A DNA stretch of 64,000 nucleotides from Octopus vulgaris (GCA_951406725.2 OX597826.1:26474001-26538000), one strand, 5' to 3'. Counted from the stretch's first letter, positions 32,561-46,990 are shown. Notes: generated by a model from the letters alone, not told the origin. Numbers and translations: made by a program.

Positions 32561-34981
32561 GAAGAAATATATATGTTTGTGATGTGTGCATGTGCGCTCG
32601 TGTGTGTGTGTGTGTGTACGATTATTTATCAATCCGTTATTAACTACTACTTGATTACATAGTAGTACTGCAACACCAAGTTTCTCTTGTAAAAGTCAAT
32701 AAAGTAACAGGAAGTTTCTTCGCCATTGGAATTCTGTTGAAATTTCTTGCATAGTTTAGAATCCTGTTGTGCAATCTGTTTTATAGTTCTTGCATTTGTT
32801 GCATATAGCTGTTGATATGCAGTATTTGATAAAGTGTTAAAATTAATCATGACGAAGGATATACCAAGAGATTAATATCTTCAGTTATCCCAGGAAAATT
32901 TCTCGATTAGGATCGTTTAATACTTGTCATGTCTTCATGAAAGAAGTTTCGTTCTTGAAGACCGGTCTGATTGATGAAATTGAAATTCGGACTACATATT
33001 GTATCATCCACTCATCCGGTCGAGCGCCTTGCGCGGCCCAATATACCTCTTTCAGACTAAGTGACCCGATCAAGTGACACACAACATGGAAGTCTGGCTC
33101 GAGTTCTTTTCATATTGGTATCTTAATAACTGAAATTAACTGCGCACGTCATATCTACAGCAGTTCGCTAACTGAATTTGTTGAAACTGGCCGTTGGCAG
33201 TTTGTTTTCTCTTCATCCGCTCAGTTTCCATTAATTCCATAAATTCATTTGCCGAATTAATTCGAATTCATCATACTGTTTTCCACGATTTCAACGTACG
33301 TTGTTTCTTTTTATTTGTTACCTGTTAGTTATACCACAGCAGAGACGTTAACAGGTGCTACTACTAGCCCAAGTAGACCGGCTAAGAAGTTGTTCAGCTC
33401 TCCCCAAAACTTTGAATTTCCTTACCAGGGCCTCACTACATGATACGGTTTTAAAACATACCCAGGATGAGAATCGTGGGAGGGAAAGTAATTGCTGGAG
33501 AACTATGGGTTATGTTTGAATACGGGTAATGTTCTAATAAACTGTTTACTATGGGTAATGTTTGAATAAATTGTTTACCAATAGAGGGATGAGAAGAAAC
33601 GGAAACACGGTCGTGTAGGTTGGTATTAATGCATGAATTATATAACCTACTAGAATCGCTGAGGAAGTAACCGGAAACATAGAAAAGCGCCGAGGATCCA
33701 TATTCTAAAATGCAATACATTGAGCCAGAAATTGTATCCTATTCGCGGCTCTATGCATTGATGGAGATGTTGTCCAATATGTTATTCCTAACGTTATTGA
33801 ATTCTCGTGGAGACATGCTTTGGTGGTATTGTATTCTCGTGTTATTTTGTTTTGTTAGTGTTTCACACAGCTAGTTCTGTGCTTTGAATGTATTGTTTCC
33901 TCGTGGTGCCGTATCCAGGGGACGTTGCTTTTCTAGATGTCATATTCCGGTGGTATTATATTTTTTGTGTTGTAAAGGTCTGGTGACGCTATATTCTGGA
34001 AATCTAAGTCGGCGTGTCGGCAGAACCATTAGAATTTCGGAGAAAATACTTGTCCGAGTGTTTTTACATATTTGTACCCAAATCGAATCAGTGCTAACTT
34101 TGCCTTTCATACCCGTAGGGCTTATATTACTAAAGCACGAATCAAGAACTGCTAGGTAATGTTGATTAGCCCTCTAGGTTAGAAGCAATCTGTTCTAGAA
34201 GAACTGAGACATGTAAGTTTCTCCTAATCTGCAGATTGACCATCTCATTCATTTATCGTCTTTCACAAGCTTGTATCATATTTAAGCTGGTAGGATATAA
34301 TTCAAGGGAGATTCGGCTGTTGTTTCAAGCAGCCACATATATTCTCGTCGTCTATCAACTCGGTGTTATTTATTCCAGAACTTCTATCTCATCAAACAAT
34401 AAAAAAACGAACGCTCTCCTCAGTGCCCTGGCAATATATTTAATCTTAGAATAACTACAGCGAGTGCAAGTCCAAATGCTACAGATATTAATCTGTGGTT
34501 AGCGTTAGATCCTTAAATTTGAATGTTTAGGGTCCTTACTCTAATTAAATTGCAATGATGCAGTGCAGAGTGAATCCGAATATCTTTTCTTCTCTTTCTA
34601 TAATACCCACATTTTTTCTCGTTCATTTTATTTTTCCTGTCCATTCCTATTTCTCCCAGTTGGATAATATATTCAACTAAAAAGCATAAGGGGTCGCAGG
34701 TTTATATTCAACGTAGGAATAACAATCAGGCTCTGGGTAAGATAATTGATTCAAGCTAACTCATTTCGCTTATCTCAGGGAATAATATAAGATCTTTTGG
34801 GGAATGTTATATACAATCAACTAGAATTCTATCCACAGGGAAATTTATCTCAAGGATGTAGCTACATGAAAGATTAAATAAACTACAGGCGCACCGAATC
34901 CTTGCGGATCATGTGACTGTTTATAAGATTATGTATGTATGTATGTATGTATGTATGTATGTATGTATGTATGTATGTATG

Positions 34982-35029
<48 letters not shown>

Positions 35030-35569
35030 CCTCTCTACCTTCCAATAGTAAATATGTAAGCGCACTCGTGTGTATGTATGTATATGGGCATCATTATGTA
35101 GTTAACTAGCTTGATCTGCAATCACGTTGTTTCGAGATCATTCCCACTGCGCGGTACCTGGTCCAATGTACCCGGATTAACCAAATGACCTGTGAGTGAA
35201 TTTTTTAGACGTCGTACATATGTGCAAACACACACACATATATATATATATATAAATATACATACATACACACACGCACGCACATATATATGTTTAACTT
35301 TGTGTTTGTCATTCATTACAGTATGACACCCGTTGTTGCTTTGTTGATGTCCCTGTAGCCTGGCAGTGTGACAGGAGAGTCTCAAAAATTAAGTACCACA
35401 CTTGAATAATTACTTGGGTCGAATATCTGAAAAAAGAATACGAAAGAAATTATGTGTATTCATCTATCCATATGGTATGATTTAAGTATATCATTGTTGA
35501 ATTGCTACATGATGGTTCTTCTCTAATATACATACATAGATACATATATATACATACATACAAACATTC

Positions 35570-35605
<36 letters not shown>

Positions 35606-36013
35606 TTATACACACACACGCACACATATATGCATTCAATATGTATATATGTGCGTGTGTTTGTGTATGTAGGTATATATGTATATATGTATGTATATAT
35701 GTATACGAGTGTGACAGCTGGTAAAATAGAAATGACTGTACGTGAGATCGGGATAGAAAGTCTCAAAACAGCGAAAAGCTAGATTCGAACACGAATATAC
35801 TGAGATTATGTACGTTACGATTGTGTGTTAGATTCCATTACTAAAGCAAAATATTACTCCCCCCCCCACACTTCTCTTCGTCTTTTATTCCTTTCAGTTG
35901 TGTTTTTTACTTCATTATTTAACAATAAATACATCCTTTCGAAATTACCCTTTCTTTAGCCTCGCACAACACTCCGGAACGAGGAACATTCACCACAACA
36001 TTTTTGTTATTGT

Positions 36014-36055
<42 letters not shown>

Positions 36056-36479
36056 GTTCGGTATTGTAACGGTCTTGTTATATTTTTTAATGGGGTTGGT
36101 GTAGGGTCGCTGGTATTTTTGTTCAATGTTGTTTTTCTTTGACGGTTTCGGGTAAAAATGCAAAGAAAAAAACACCCCCAAAAAGCCTACAACATACAAC
36201 AAAAAACCTCAAGCATACATTGGAGCAAATATTAACAAACAAACAAACAAAATTTTGTACCCCATTCATTGTTTGTTGTGCTGAGATGAGTTGGTGTTCG
36301 CTTGTGTGTGCTGTTAGGTTGTTGTTGTTCTTGATGATGTTGTTACTGGTGTAGTAGTAGTAGTGGCAGTAGTTGTTGTTGTTGATCGTTGTGGTTTGTG
36401 TCTATGAAGCTGTACTTTGTACAGCCACACAGACCCTTATTCATAAACAACTCACCACGTAAGAGTGAGGGAGAGAGAG

Positions 36480-36565
36480 AGACGTGTGTGTAGATATAAT
36501 ATATATAAGTGTTTGCGTGTGTGTGTGTGTGTGTGCATATACATATAAATATACATACGCATATT

Positions 36566-36597
<32 letters not shown>

Positions 36598-36622
36598 AAT
36601 CCATCCCCACGCTATTTATTTC

Positions 36623-36689
<67 letters not shown>

Positions 36690-36768
36690 CCAACCTCTAT
36701 GAAGCTATGATCATATACGCACATAACATACATAGACGATTTTTAGGGTAGATGGAAAATACGCAAAT

Positions 36769-36824
<56 letters not shown>

Positions 36825-36868
36825 TATGTATATATATACATATATATATATGTATGTGTATATATATG

Positions 36869-36911
<43 letters not shown>

Positions 36912-36987
36912 ATACACATATGTATACATACATATATACATATATATACATACATATATAAATACATATATATATATACATACATAT

Positions 36988-37028
<41 letters not shown>

Positions 37029-37045
37029 CATACATATATATCGGA
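36480..37045. repeat. (AT/AC)n microsatellite field, one of many
   Basis: Directly visible; comparable fields at ~18.1-19.2, 26.4-28.2, 37.9-39.0 and 57.1-58.9 kb. Confidence 0.9.
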
Positions 37046-38059
37046 ATACACATACAAAATCTACCCAATTCATTGTTTGTTGAATTGCATTGGGTTAGTA
37101 TTTTGTTGTTTGGTTTAGATACATTCTCGTAGTTGTTGCCGTTTTTGTTGTTGTGCCTGCTGTTGCTGTTGCTGTTTTTTTTTTGGTTTTGTTGTTGTTG
37201 TTACTGCTGGCATTGTTGTTGCTGTTGGAGCTGTTATTATTGTTGTTTGTGTTGTTGTTGTTTGTGTCTATGAAGATGTCTTGCACAGCCATACATAACC
37301 TTATTTATATCCATCTCACTCGCTGATATTTGATTTAAAAAGCCATGTACAAGATAACGAAGAAAACCACGGTATAATTCAGTTAGCCAATGTAATTTGC
37401 GCACATTGATGACAATAAACATTGTTCCGTGGTGTGGGCTGCGTACCGAGGGAAGGGTTGGAAATTAAATTAAGCAAAGAAATGGTAGCGGCTCTGTATT
37501 CTATCTATACGTCGCCGTGCGTTGGTATTCAGTATGTACTTATCTGTATCTCTACATATGTATGTATCTGTGATCGTGTGTTCAGATGAAGGGGAAATTT
37601 TTTTTATGTATTTTATTTGTAGTGAAATGATAGTGAGAGTGGTCATGTGAAGGCTGAGTAATTTTTGCGCTTCTCTATACTAAAGAATAACTCTGCCACA
37701 GCATTAGTTTACATCAAGGAATCTAACATAAAAACAACACAATATAAACAGTTGGTAAAAACCTTTCATCATAAATAGGTTTGTATCGATAACGATTTCG
37801 ACATTTTCAATCCGCCATGTTACAAACTCTTGGCCGAATGCTTGTTCATTTTTATCGCCTGGCTAGCATATACAAGCTTACACAATCACAAACATACATA
37901 CGCATGTATATATCTATACACACAAACCTAAATTCATGCATATATGTCTGTATGTATATATATATATATGAATATATATATTTATATATATATATATACA
38001 TATATATATATACATACATATATATAAATGTACAGATGTGTATATATATGTATATGTGA

Positions 38060-38106
<47 letters not shown>

Positions 38107-38252
38107 TATATACAATCATCGTCCCATTATATATATATAATGATTTTTATACAACTTTCTACACGCATCTCTGCGTTTTATATACATGCGTACACGTATA
38201 TATATTCATACGTGAAACATAATGCATGGATATATGCATATATATATATATG

Positions 38253-38286
<34 letters not shown>

Positions 38287-38889
38287 TATTTGCATATATT
38301 TATGTGTGTGTCCATATATATATATGTATAAATGTACATGAATGTATATATACACATGTTCATATGTTTATGGTAATATATATAGATACACTCACACATA
38401 CATGAAAAAATACATACGTATATATATATATGTGTATGTGTAAGTGCTTGTATGTATGTGCGCATACAACTTGAAGTCTTACCCCATGCTACCTTTTTGA
38501 TATTAATGTATATTCTGAAGTGTAAATAAAATTGGTCCCAATTCTTGTTACATTTATCTCAGTGCAGTAATCATAGGATCCAACTCAACCGTTTCCAGTT
38601 TTACTAAATCATCACGAATAAAATATAAAAACGCTCTCTGGACACGCTGTTTCGAAGTATCTCTGTAAAAACCGGAGCCTTATTTGCATCGCAGTACATG
38701 CGCTGACAGCGGGATAGTTTAATTAATTTGATGTGATTTTAGATAATTTGAAATGCAAAATATGCATTTTTTAAAATGGCCTTACAATTTTAGCCTCACT
38801 TTGAAATATAAACGATGTAATTGTTCCATTCTAATTTTGTTTTATGCACTCGCACACACATACACATTTGTACATACGTAGTGACATAT

Positions 38890-38960
<71 letters not shown>

Positions 38961-39699
38961 CATACATATGTACATATATATGTGTGTGTATATATATATA
39001 TATATGTATGTATTGAAATATTGGGTTAGAACATCCTCGAAGGCAACCTGCAATATTTACACGCTATTATTTATTACATTTTTGTGATGTGCTTCGAGAT
39101 CTACCGTTCCAAGAAATAATTATTTCACATTCTCTGGTAAGTTTATAAATTTCTTATGAAGTCAACAAAAATACACACACAAACACACGTACACAAGCAC
39201 ACGCAAACACACACACACACAAGCCCACACACACAAGCATGCACGCGTATATTTGTATGCATATTTATATATATATTCTGCGGTGCGTATATGCGTATCT
39301 ATATTAATCTCTCATCAAGTACTTCACAAATGATTAATAGCTTATAATTATTTATGGTGTAGGCACACGAAATCTGATCTAAAACGATCAGCAGATTATT
39401 AGTGTATGTATGTACATATGTATGATCGTATGTCTGTACATATGTATACATCTATGTATATATATCTAAGTATATATATGTGGTTATATAAGTATATGTG
39501 TATATATATATATGTATATATATATATGAATATATATATATATATATATATGGAGGCGCGCGCATGGCTCAGTTGAAGCGTCGAACTTACGGTCGAGAGG
39601 TTATGAGTTCGCTGGTGAAGCGACTTTCTGCCTCCACTTTTACCTCGCATGGTCAATCGTAACCGACGGAGTTGTTAAGACATATATATAGACTTTTAC

Positions 39700-40098
39700 T
39701 CATATACTTGTTTCAGTCATTTGACTGCGGCCATGCTGAAGCGCCGCCTTTTAGTCGAGCAAATCGATCCCAGGACTTATTCTTTGTAAGCCCAGTACTT
39801 ATTCTGTCGGTCTACTTTGCCGAACCGCTAGGTGACAGGGACATTAACACACCAGCATCAGTTGTCAAGCAATGCTAGGGGGACAAACACAGACACAGAA
39901 ACATACACACGCACACACATATATACGACCCGCACACACATATGTACGACGGGCTTCTTTGAGTTTCCTTCTACCAAATCCACTCACAAGGCTTTAGTCG
40001 GCCCGAGGCTATAGTAGAAGACAATTGCCCAAGGTACCACGCAGTGGGACTAAACTCGGAACCATATGGTTGGTAAGCAAGCTACTTACCACACAGCT
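39700..40098 (-). mobile_element. tRNA-derived SINE family A, full length
   Basis: Minus-strand head gctgtgtggtaagtagcttgc...ggttccgagtttagtccc (A/B-box-like), internal (TG/TA)n, tail ggcgcttcagcatggccgcagtcaaatgactgaaac; many copies in the window. Confidence 0.8.
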
Positions 40099-40099
40099 G

Positions 40100-40165
<66 letters not shown>

Positions 40166-40495
40166 GCTAGCTAGGACAGGATGCTTCATTTTGCAATCAT
40201 ATGTACTTTAAACTACCAAGTAAATAAGGGGTTCGAAAGACAATACTGTGATTTACTTTTGTGTTAACAGTGTGTTGCTCTTATATGTAAGTTATCTGGC
40301 TCTCAACATTATAGAGTAATCTGGAGAGTTAAACTTTGAAATGCCTCTATTTAGCTTTGAATTGTTTAGGTCACTAGACTGCAGCCATGCTGGGGCATCG
40401 CCTTGAATTATTCTAGTCGAACGAATTGACCCCAGTAAATTCATTTATATTTTTTAAGCCCAATAAGAACCAAAAGATGAAGGAACAACAAAAAG

Positions 40496-41174
40496 GTGAG
40501 TTATAGAGTAAACAAATTTTTACAGTGGGAACCGTAGTAAAAACAGGGAGAGAGAAATTGTATTATCAACAATAAAAGGGTAAAATAAATTAATTATTAA
40601 TTAATTTCACCAATTAGTGTTCAGTATGTAAAAGGACCATTCAAGGTATATTTAAAATATTACGTTATATAATTAGGGCTCAGTAAAATAATATACTTTA
40701 CCAGACACTGAAACTTTTAGAAATAGCAGCCAAAAAGTTTTATTAGCTATTTCTTCTACTATAAGAAAAGTCTCCCAGATAGTGTTTACTCAAAAATAAT
40801 TCACGCAGATATGGAGGGAAAAATAACAAATTATCACATGTACAAAGATCATTTGAGAACGTTAACGTTTCTAGATTAGTTGAATTTAAAACTCAACACA
40901 ATACAATTTCTCTCTCTCAGTTTTTACTACGGTTCTCACTGTAAAAATTTGTTAACTCTATAACTCACGTGGATGGAAGCGGGAGGAATGCAGAGCCTCA
41001 TTCGTACTTTTTGAATTTGCTGGTACTGGCAGTTGAAAATGGTTTGTCTGAGATTACTCATATCAGATGGGTATGTTCGATTTTTAGTGCTCTCAAATCC
41101 AAATATAAGAAATATTGAGCTGACGAAGGAAGTGTTGAGTTTTAAATTCAACTAATCTAGAAACGTTAACGTTC
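40496..41174. mobile_element. Hammerhead-bearing inverted/permuted element, copy 1
   Basis: Interleaved inverted pairs ~40496-40564/40900-40968 and ~40857-40899/41132-41174; homologous to the 59 kb element. Confidence 0.75.
41115..41174 (+). ncRNA. Type I hammerhead-like ribozyme truncated just after its cleavage site
   Basis: TTGAG-CTGACGA-A-GGA-agt-GTTGAGT-tttaa-ATTCAAC-taa-TCT-A-GAAA-CG-ttaa-CGT-T. The missing stem I 3' strand (CTCAA) is seen in the inverted copy near 40852-40857. Confidence 0.65.
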
Positions 41175-41402
41175 ACCGTTACCTCCTGCCAGAGCCGCGT
41201 GGAACTTAGGTATTTTGCTCATAAACACCCACATCACCTGGTTTGCAATTAGAACCCGCGAGACCGCTGCTCTAGCCAATAGGCCATGTGCCTCCACTTA
41301 CATATACACACACACAGACATACACATACATACACACAGACACACACACACATTTATGTTGTACGTCTGTATACATAAATATAGGTTATATACACCATGC
41401 GT

Positions 41403-41823
41403 AAGGCGGCGAGCTGGCAGAATCTTTAGCACGGCGGGTGAAATGCTTGACGGTATTTCGTCTGCCGCTACGTTCTGAGCTCAAATTCCGCCGAGGTTGA
41501 CTTTGCCTTCCATCATTTCGGGTTCGATAAATTAAGGACCAGTTACGCACTGGGGTCGATGTAATCCACTTAATCCATTTGTCTGTCCTTGTTTCTCCTC
41601 TCTGTGTTTAGCCCCTTGTGGGTAGTAAAGAAATAGGTATTTCGTCCGTCTTTACTTTTGGAGTTCAAATTCTGCTGAGGTAGACTTTGCCTTTCATCCT
41701 TTCTGGATCGATAAATTAAGTACCAGTTACTCAGTGGAGTCGATGTATTCGACTTAATCCCTTTGTCTGACCTTGTTTATCTCGTCTATGTTTAGATAAA
41801 CATATTGTGGGCAATAAAGAAAT
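41403..41823 (+). mobile_element. SINE family B partial dimer
   Basis: A full unit followed directly by a second unit starting at ggtatttcgtc. Confidence 0.8.
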
Positions 41824-42449
41824 ATAAATATACATCATGCATAAAAATGTATCATACAAACTATGAAATCATCGTTATTTACAGACCCATATTGTGTGCT
41901 TACAAATGTACCAAGACGTGATATAAATAAATGCACATTACGATGTGTGTTTCTTCCTGTACAGCGAAGGTTAATATCTCAGCACATTTATATTTTTAAC
42001 CAATTTTAAAGTTCCTCTTTTTAAAAATAAATCTTTCTTGAATATGTGTGGGGTAAAAACCTTAGCGCCTCCTACAGGGTACGTGAGGTCAAAAGAAGTT
42101 ATAATATCCAAGTGTTATGTAGAGAGCGATTAAATTCATAATTGGCTCATGTATACAACAATTTCGTTCACACGCACGCACACACACACACACACGTATA
42201 CACACACATACACAAACACACACAGACACACACATATACAAGCTCATACACAATGATATACTTCTGCTTAATATATAAGCATACTACACACACATATATA
42301 TATATACATATATACACATATGTATATTTGTATATATTTATGTACGTATATTAGTGATCGGTGTAATATATACGAATATATACAAATTATAAGCTGATGC
42401 ATAGATACGTGTATCTCTTTAGTATATGCAAATTACACACACACGCATA

Positions 42450-42529
<80 letters not shown>

Positions 42530-42533
42530 TATA

Positions 42534-43190
42534 ACAAAAGAAAAATTCTAATGCCATATATGCCGAAAAAAAGACAAAATTGTCAATAACCATTATAATT
42601 TATGCGCCTCGAAACAAACCGATAGAAATTTCTAAAAATTCCGTTATTACCGTATTGGTCCCAATTTCGGGGTTAATTCATAAGAAGTTTTCGAAAAAAG
42701 AAATTTTTCCTACATTGGTTGTAAATTTAATAGTGTTCACTTCCGGATTCTCTCTCTCTGTGAAAGTTTCTAGATCGAATCACACGTGTCTCGAGATGTG
42801 CCGAAGATTTTCTATCTTTTATATATTTGGGGTACTTAGGTCTGCTCAGGACTTAGTGCTTGCTTTTTCCATGGGTATGAGTAAGTATTCCATTTATGTC
42901 TTACGTATTTATCGCTGAAGAGGGGAAAATTCTTATGAATTAACCCCGAAATTAGGACCAATACGGTAATAATGGATTTTTTAGAAATTTCTATCGGTTT
43001 GTTTCGAGGCGCATAAATTATAATGGTTATTGACAATTTTGTATTTTTTTCGGCATATTTGGCATTAGAATTTTTCTTTTGCCCTTATTTTGTAAGTTAT
43101 TAATAAATTTAACCTTTAAATGTATTTTTTTATATGCTGGCCATTGATAAATTTTTTTTTTCGAAAAATAAAATTTATCCTACATTAGTT
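42534..43190. mobile_element. Hammerhead-bearing inverted/permuted element, copy 2, inside (AT)n
   Basis: Inverted arms ~42534-42690/42925-43082; direct 30 bp redundancy 42691-42720/43161-43190; (AT)n on both flanks. Confidence 0.8.
42909..42969 (+). ncRNA. Type I hammerhead ribozyme
   Basis: Stem I TTATCG/CGGTAA; core CTGAAGA; stem II GGGG-aaa-ATTC-ttat-GAAT-taa-CCCC; GAAA; stem III ATT(a/g)-ggac-CAAT (fully paired in the inverted copy); predicted cleavage after ATA at 42963. Confidence 0.8.
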
Positions 43191-44139
43191 ATATATATAT
43201 ATATATATATACATTTGTCTCTCCCTATATAGTAAATATTTAATTCAAAAGTTCTAAAAGAAACAGGAACATTTTATATCGAAATATACCAACATAGTAA
43301 AATTTAAACCAAAATTAAATGCATTTTGAAAAATTTAAGCAGTATTTATATAACAATTTCTGGATTGTGGATTCTAATCTCATTGTTGATAATATCACAA
43401 ATGTTTTTCACGGTTTTGGTAATATTTGTTTTACTTGGTATTGGTAACTGTGTTTAATATGGCCAACTGTTTCAAACTCATTCTGGTTTCGATCCCATTC
43501 TGTGACATCTTGAGTAAGTAACTTTTACTATAAGACTAGGTTTAACCAAAATCTTTTCAGTAAAAATTGGTTGACGGAAATTCGGTTGGGGTTTGCCGCC
43601 TGTAAGCGTAATACAATATAAACCTGATAGACTGTATCCGTGATTTGTAGGTCCCAGCGTTATTACACATTCTGCCGTGGAAGTTCTCCGGAACAATCAC
43701 TTTAAGGATATATGTATCTGTGGAATACTTTCAACGCTGATTCCATACGCAGACATTTTAATTCGTCGAACAAATAAATATTCTTCGTCGATAGTGAAAA
43801 TCCATTGCAAAAAGTAAGTAGTGGTGTCGCAATGTAAGAAGTCCTTATTTACAGCAGTCTCAGTAAGCTACTTCTATGTGACACGCAACCTGCAAAAATT
43901 ATATGCGTAAGAGAATACTGCTACAGGTAAAATATGTCCGAAAGTATGATGTAGTAGACACGGCAGGAACGCCTTTGTCCAATTACCTGCTCTGCTCCAT
44001 CAGGAGCTGCCAGGAATTGCGCATGGAAAAAACCATAAAGCAATTGTTATATATATATCAGGGAAGTGCAAAGGAGAGGAAGGGGTGGAAACAATTGTTT
44101 TAATTTCTTGCATGCGTATTGTTTGTTTTTGATTTTGTC

Positions 44140-44945
44140 GAATACAGAGTATAGTAGGGTCAGTTTGGGCTCCATCTGTGAGAAAAACGGCACCACGACG
44201 CAATTCATTTTGCCAGGAATTTGGAAGCGACATACTGTACTGCTTGACATTCGCGTCGAAAGCTCCAATACGAACGATTAAAAGTGTTTGGTTGTCATCC
44301 AGAGGACAGTGGAGTCTGAGGACATGTACCGAGAGTGATAAAAATCAAACATCCAGTCAACATCATGGTGTTTGGAGTGATCACTACTGATGGCGACGTT
44401 ATGCTTGCATTCATCTTCCCGCATGAACTCAGACTCAAAACGGAGAACTACATCAAGTTCCTGGAGGACGTAATGCTGCCAGGGTTCAAGAGGGTGGCTG
44501 CTGGAAGAACCCATGACTGGCACAGGATTCTGCACCATGTTACATAAGCAAGAGAACCCAGTCATGGCTGTCAGATAATTTCTGTGACCACATCAACCCC
44601 AACATCTGGCGATCTAACTTCCCAGACTGAAACCCCCTTGATTATTATGTGTGAGGCGCAGTTAAGCGAGAGACCAACACAATCTTTGTAACACCAATGA
44701 TGAATGAAGGCAATAATTTTGGCAGCATTCACCAACTTAAACAAGAATTTCCAAAATAGTTGCAGGAGATTCCGAAGACCTCTGGAGGCCTTGGTAAAAA
44801 GCCAATGGTGATGTTATTGAATAAATTTACTGTTTAGTATTTCAAGATATTTTTATGCAAGTTTGGTAAATATTTCTGTTAAAATGAGATGTCAGTGTTA
44901 TTTTCATTCGTAATTTAGACGACAAAATATTCACCGCACTCTGTA
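44140..44945 (+). mobile_element. Tc1/mariner-superfamily transposon relic (maT/DD37D-like)
   Basis: KHPVNIMVFGVITTDG...YIKFLEDVMLP...QDSAPCY.SKRTQSWL..NF...W..NFPD*NPLDYYV. Right end ...caccgcactctg-TA. Left TIR not evident. Confidence 0.8.
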
Positions 44946-45163
44946 TGTATTGTGTGTGTGTGTGTGTGTTTGTGTGTATGTGTATGTATATATATATATA
45001 TATAATATATTCATAGATATAAACAAATATATAAATATATATATAAATATATATTTATATAACTATATATATAAGTATATATTCATAAATATATATAAAC
45101 ATTCATAAATATAAATATATAACTATATATTCGTGCATTTGCATCTGTGCTTTTGTTGTGTGT

Positions 45164-45215
<52 letters not shown>

Positions 45216-46197
45216 TATAATTAACTATAATATTTAAGTGTACATCTAATTGTCCTGGAGCCACCTGTTCTTCTGAGAGATATGGCTATCTTACCATCTA
45301 TTGTGCTCTTTTATGAATTTTGCAGGACTTGTCACAGTTTGAAATAGAATCTTCATTTTGGGAGCTGTGAATGCATTAAATTTATTTATTTCTCATGAGT
45401 GCTTGTCGACATGATACTGGGGAACTTTGTAAACGAATAAAAACGTGGGCGTTTAGCTCTAGAGATAGTGAAATTAATGGAAAGTTTATGAATATATTGA
45501 TATTACTTTAATCAAGGTCTTATTTCGTTGAAGAGTGGTAGACAGACGCGTTTCACACACGCTAAGATGGGAAAAGAGAACTATACTAGTTTCTTATATT
45601 GTTGTTTAGCAACAAACAGAAAGTGTCATAATTTTAATTGGAAAAAAATATAAACCCTTCGTGTTCAAACGAACGAATCTGGTTGATTAAAATGAAACGT
45701 GTAAACGAGAAGATGCCTATTATATATATATATGGAAAGAAAGAAAAATGAAAAAAAAAAGCTAAAGAAAGAAAGGAAGTAAAGAAGTGAGGGATAGATA
45801 ATGAAATAAGAAGCGAAAGAAAATGGGTGAAACGACATTTGAAATGCATACAAAGACCGGATGAAAGCAAATCAGGCAAATTCCATTATCGTCTTGGCAT
45901 TATTGTATATATTGCTTATGCATTATAAATAGTGTTATGATAGTGTAAAATGATATTCTCAACTAAATAATTGCTACACGATTTCTACTTAAACGTCCAG
46001 CCTGAGGTGTTTTTAGTATTCTCATGTATTACTGGAACTAGTAGGAGAGGCAGAGATTGGTCAAAACATCATACCAAGTAAAGGTAGTTTATTCATCTAT
46101 GTAATTGAAATAGTGTAGCCATGCTGCTATCGCTTTTAACCCGCAATGTTTCTTTTTAGATAAATAAGTTAGGAGGTGATATACTTAAAGACGTATG

Positions 46198-46293
<96 letters not shown>

Positions 46294-46486
46294 CATAGGC
46301 TAACTGAATTGAAATATCTCTCTCCTTTGTTACATAATAACATAATAAATTCTTTATATAACTATATACCCGTCTCACTTACTGCAGCTTTTCTTTACTC
46401 TCTAACAATATTTCCGTCAGTCGACTGTGGACCTGCTGTGGCGCTTTTTCGAAATGTTTAGTAGGTCGTGTACCTAAAGATGTACG

Positions 46487-46536
<50 letters not shown>

Positions 46537-46649
46537 AAATGAATTGAAATATCCCTCCCCCTTTGTTACATAATAAGTTCTTTATATAAATATCAAATAT
46601 ACCACTGTCTCAATTATTGGGCTTAGCTTTTATTCTCTAACAATATTTC

Positions 46650-46990
46650 AACGATTAGACTGCGACCATACTGTGGCACTTCCTTGAAGTGTTTAGTGAA
46701 ACAAATCGACGCCATTATTTTCTTTAAGCCCGGTGCATATTCAGTTGGTTTGTTTTTGGTGAGCCCCCAATTTGCAGGGGGGTAAACAATCCGTAACCTC
46801 ATATCAAACGTGATGGCATATATAGGTCCATATACGACAGACTTCTTCGCAGTTTCTGTCTACTGGATTCACTCAAGACGGTACGAAGTATTGGCCATCC
46901 TGGGGATACATCAGAAGATACATTTCCAAGATACTATAAAGCGGGACTGAACCTGAAACCAACTGTTTGCGAGGCGAACTAATCACGCAG
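46650..46990 (-). mobile_element. SINE family A, diverged
   Basis: gactgcgaccatactg...cagtttctgtctact...gggactgaacctgaaacc. Confidence 0.6.

Noticed and set aside
42534-43082. MITE/foldback DNA transposon interpretation of the inverted arms
   Set aside because: The arms are not terminal, sequence continues beyond them with direct redundancy, and they contain a ribozyme.
44143-44150. Left TIR of the Tc1/mariner relic
   Set aside because: Only 8 bp match the right end, which is insufficient.
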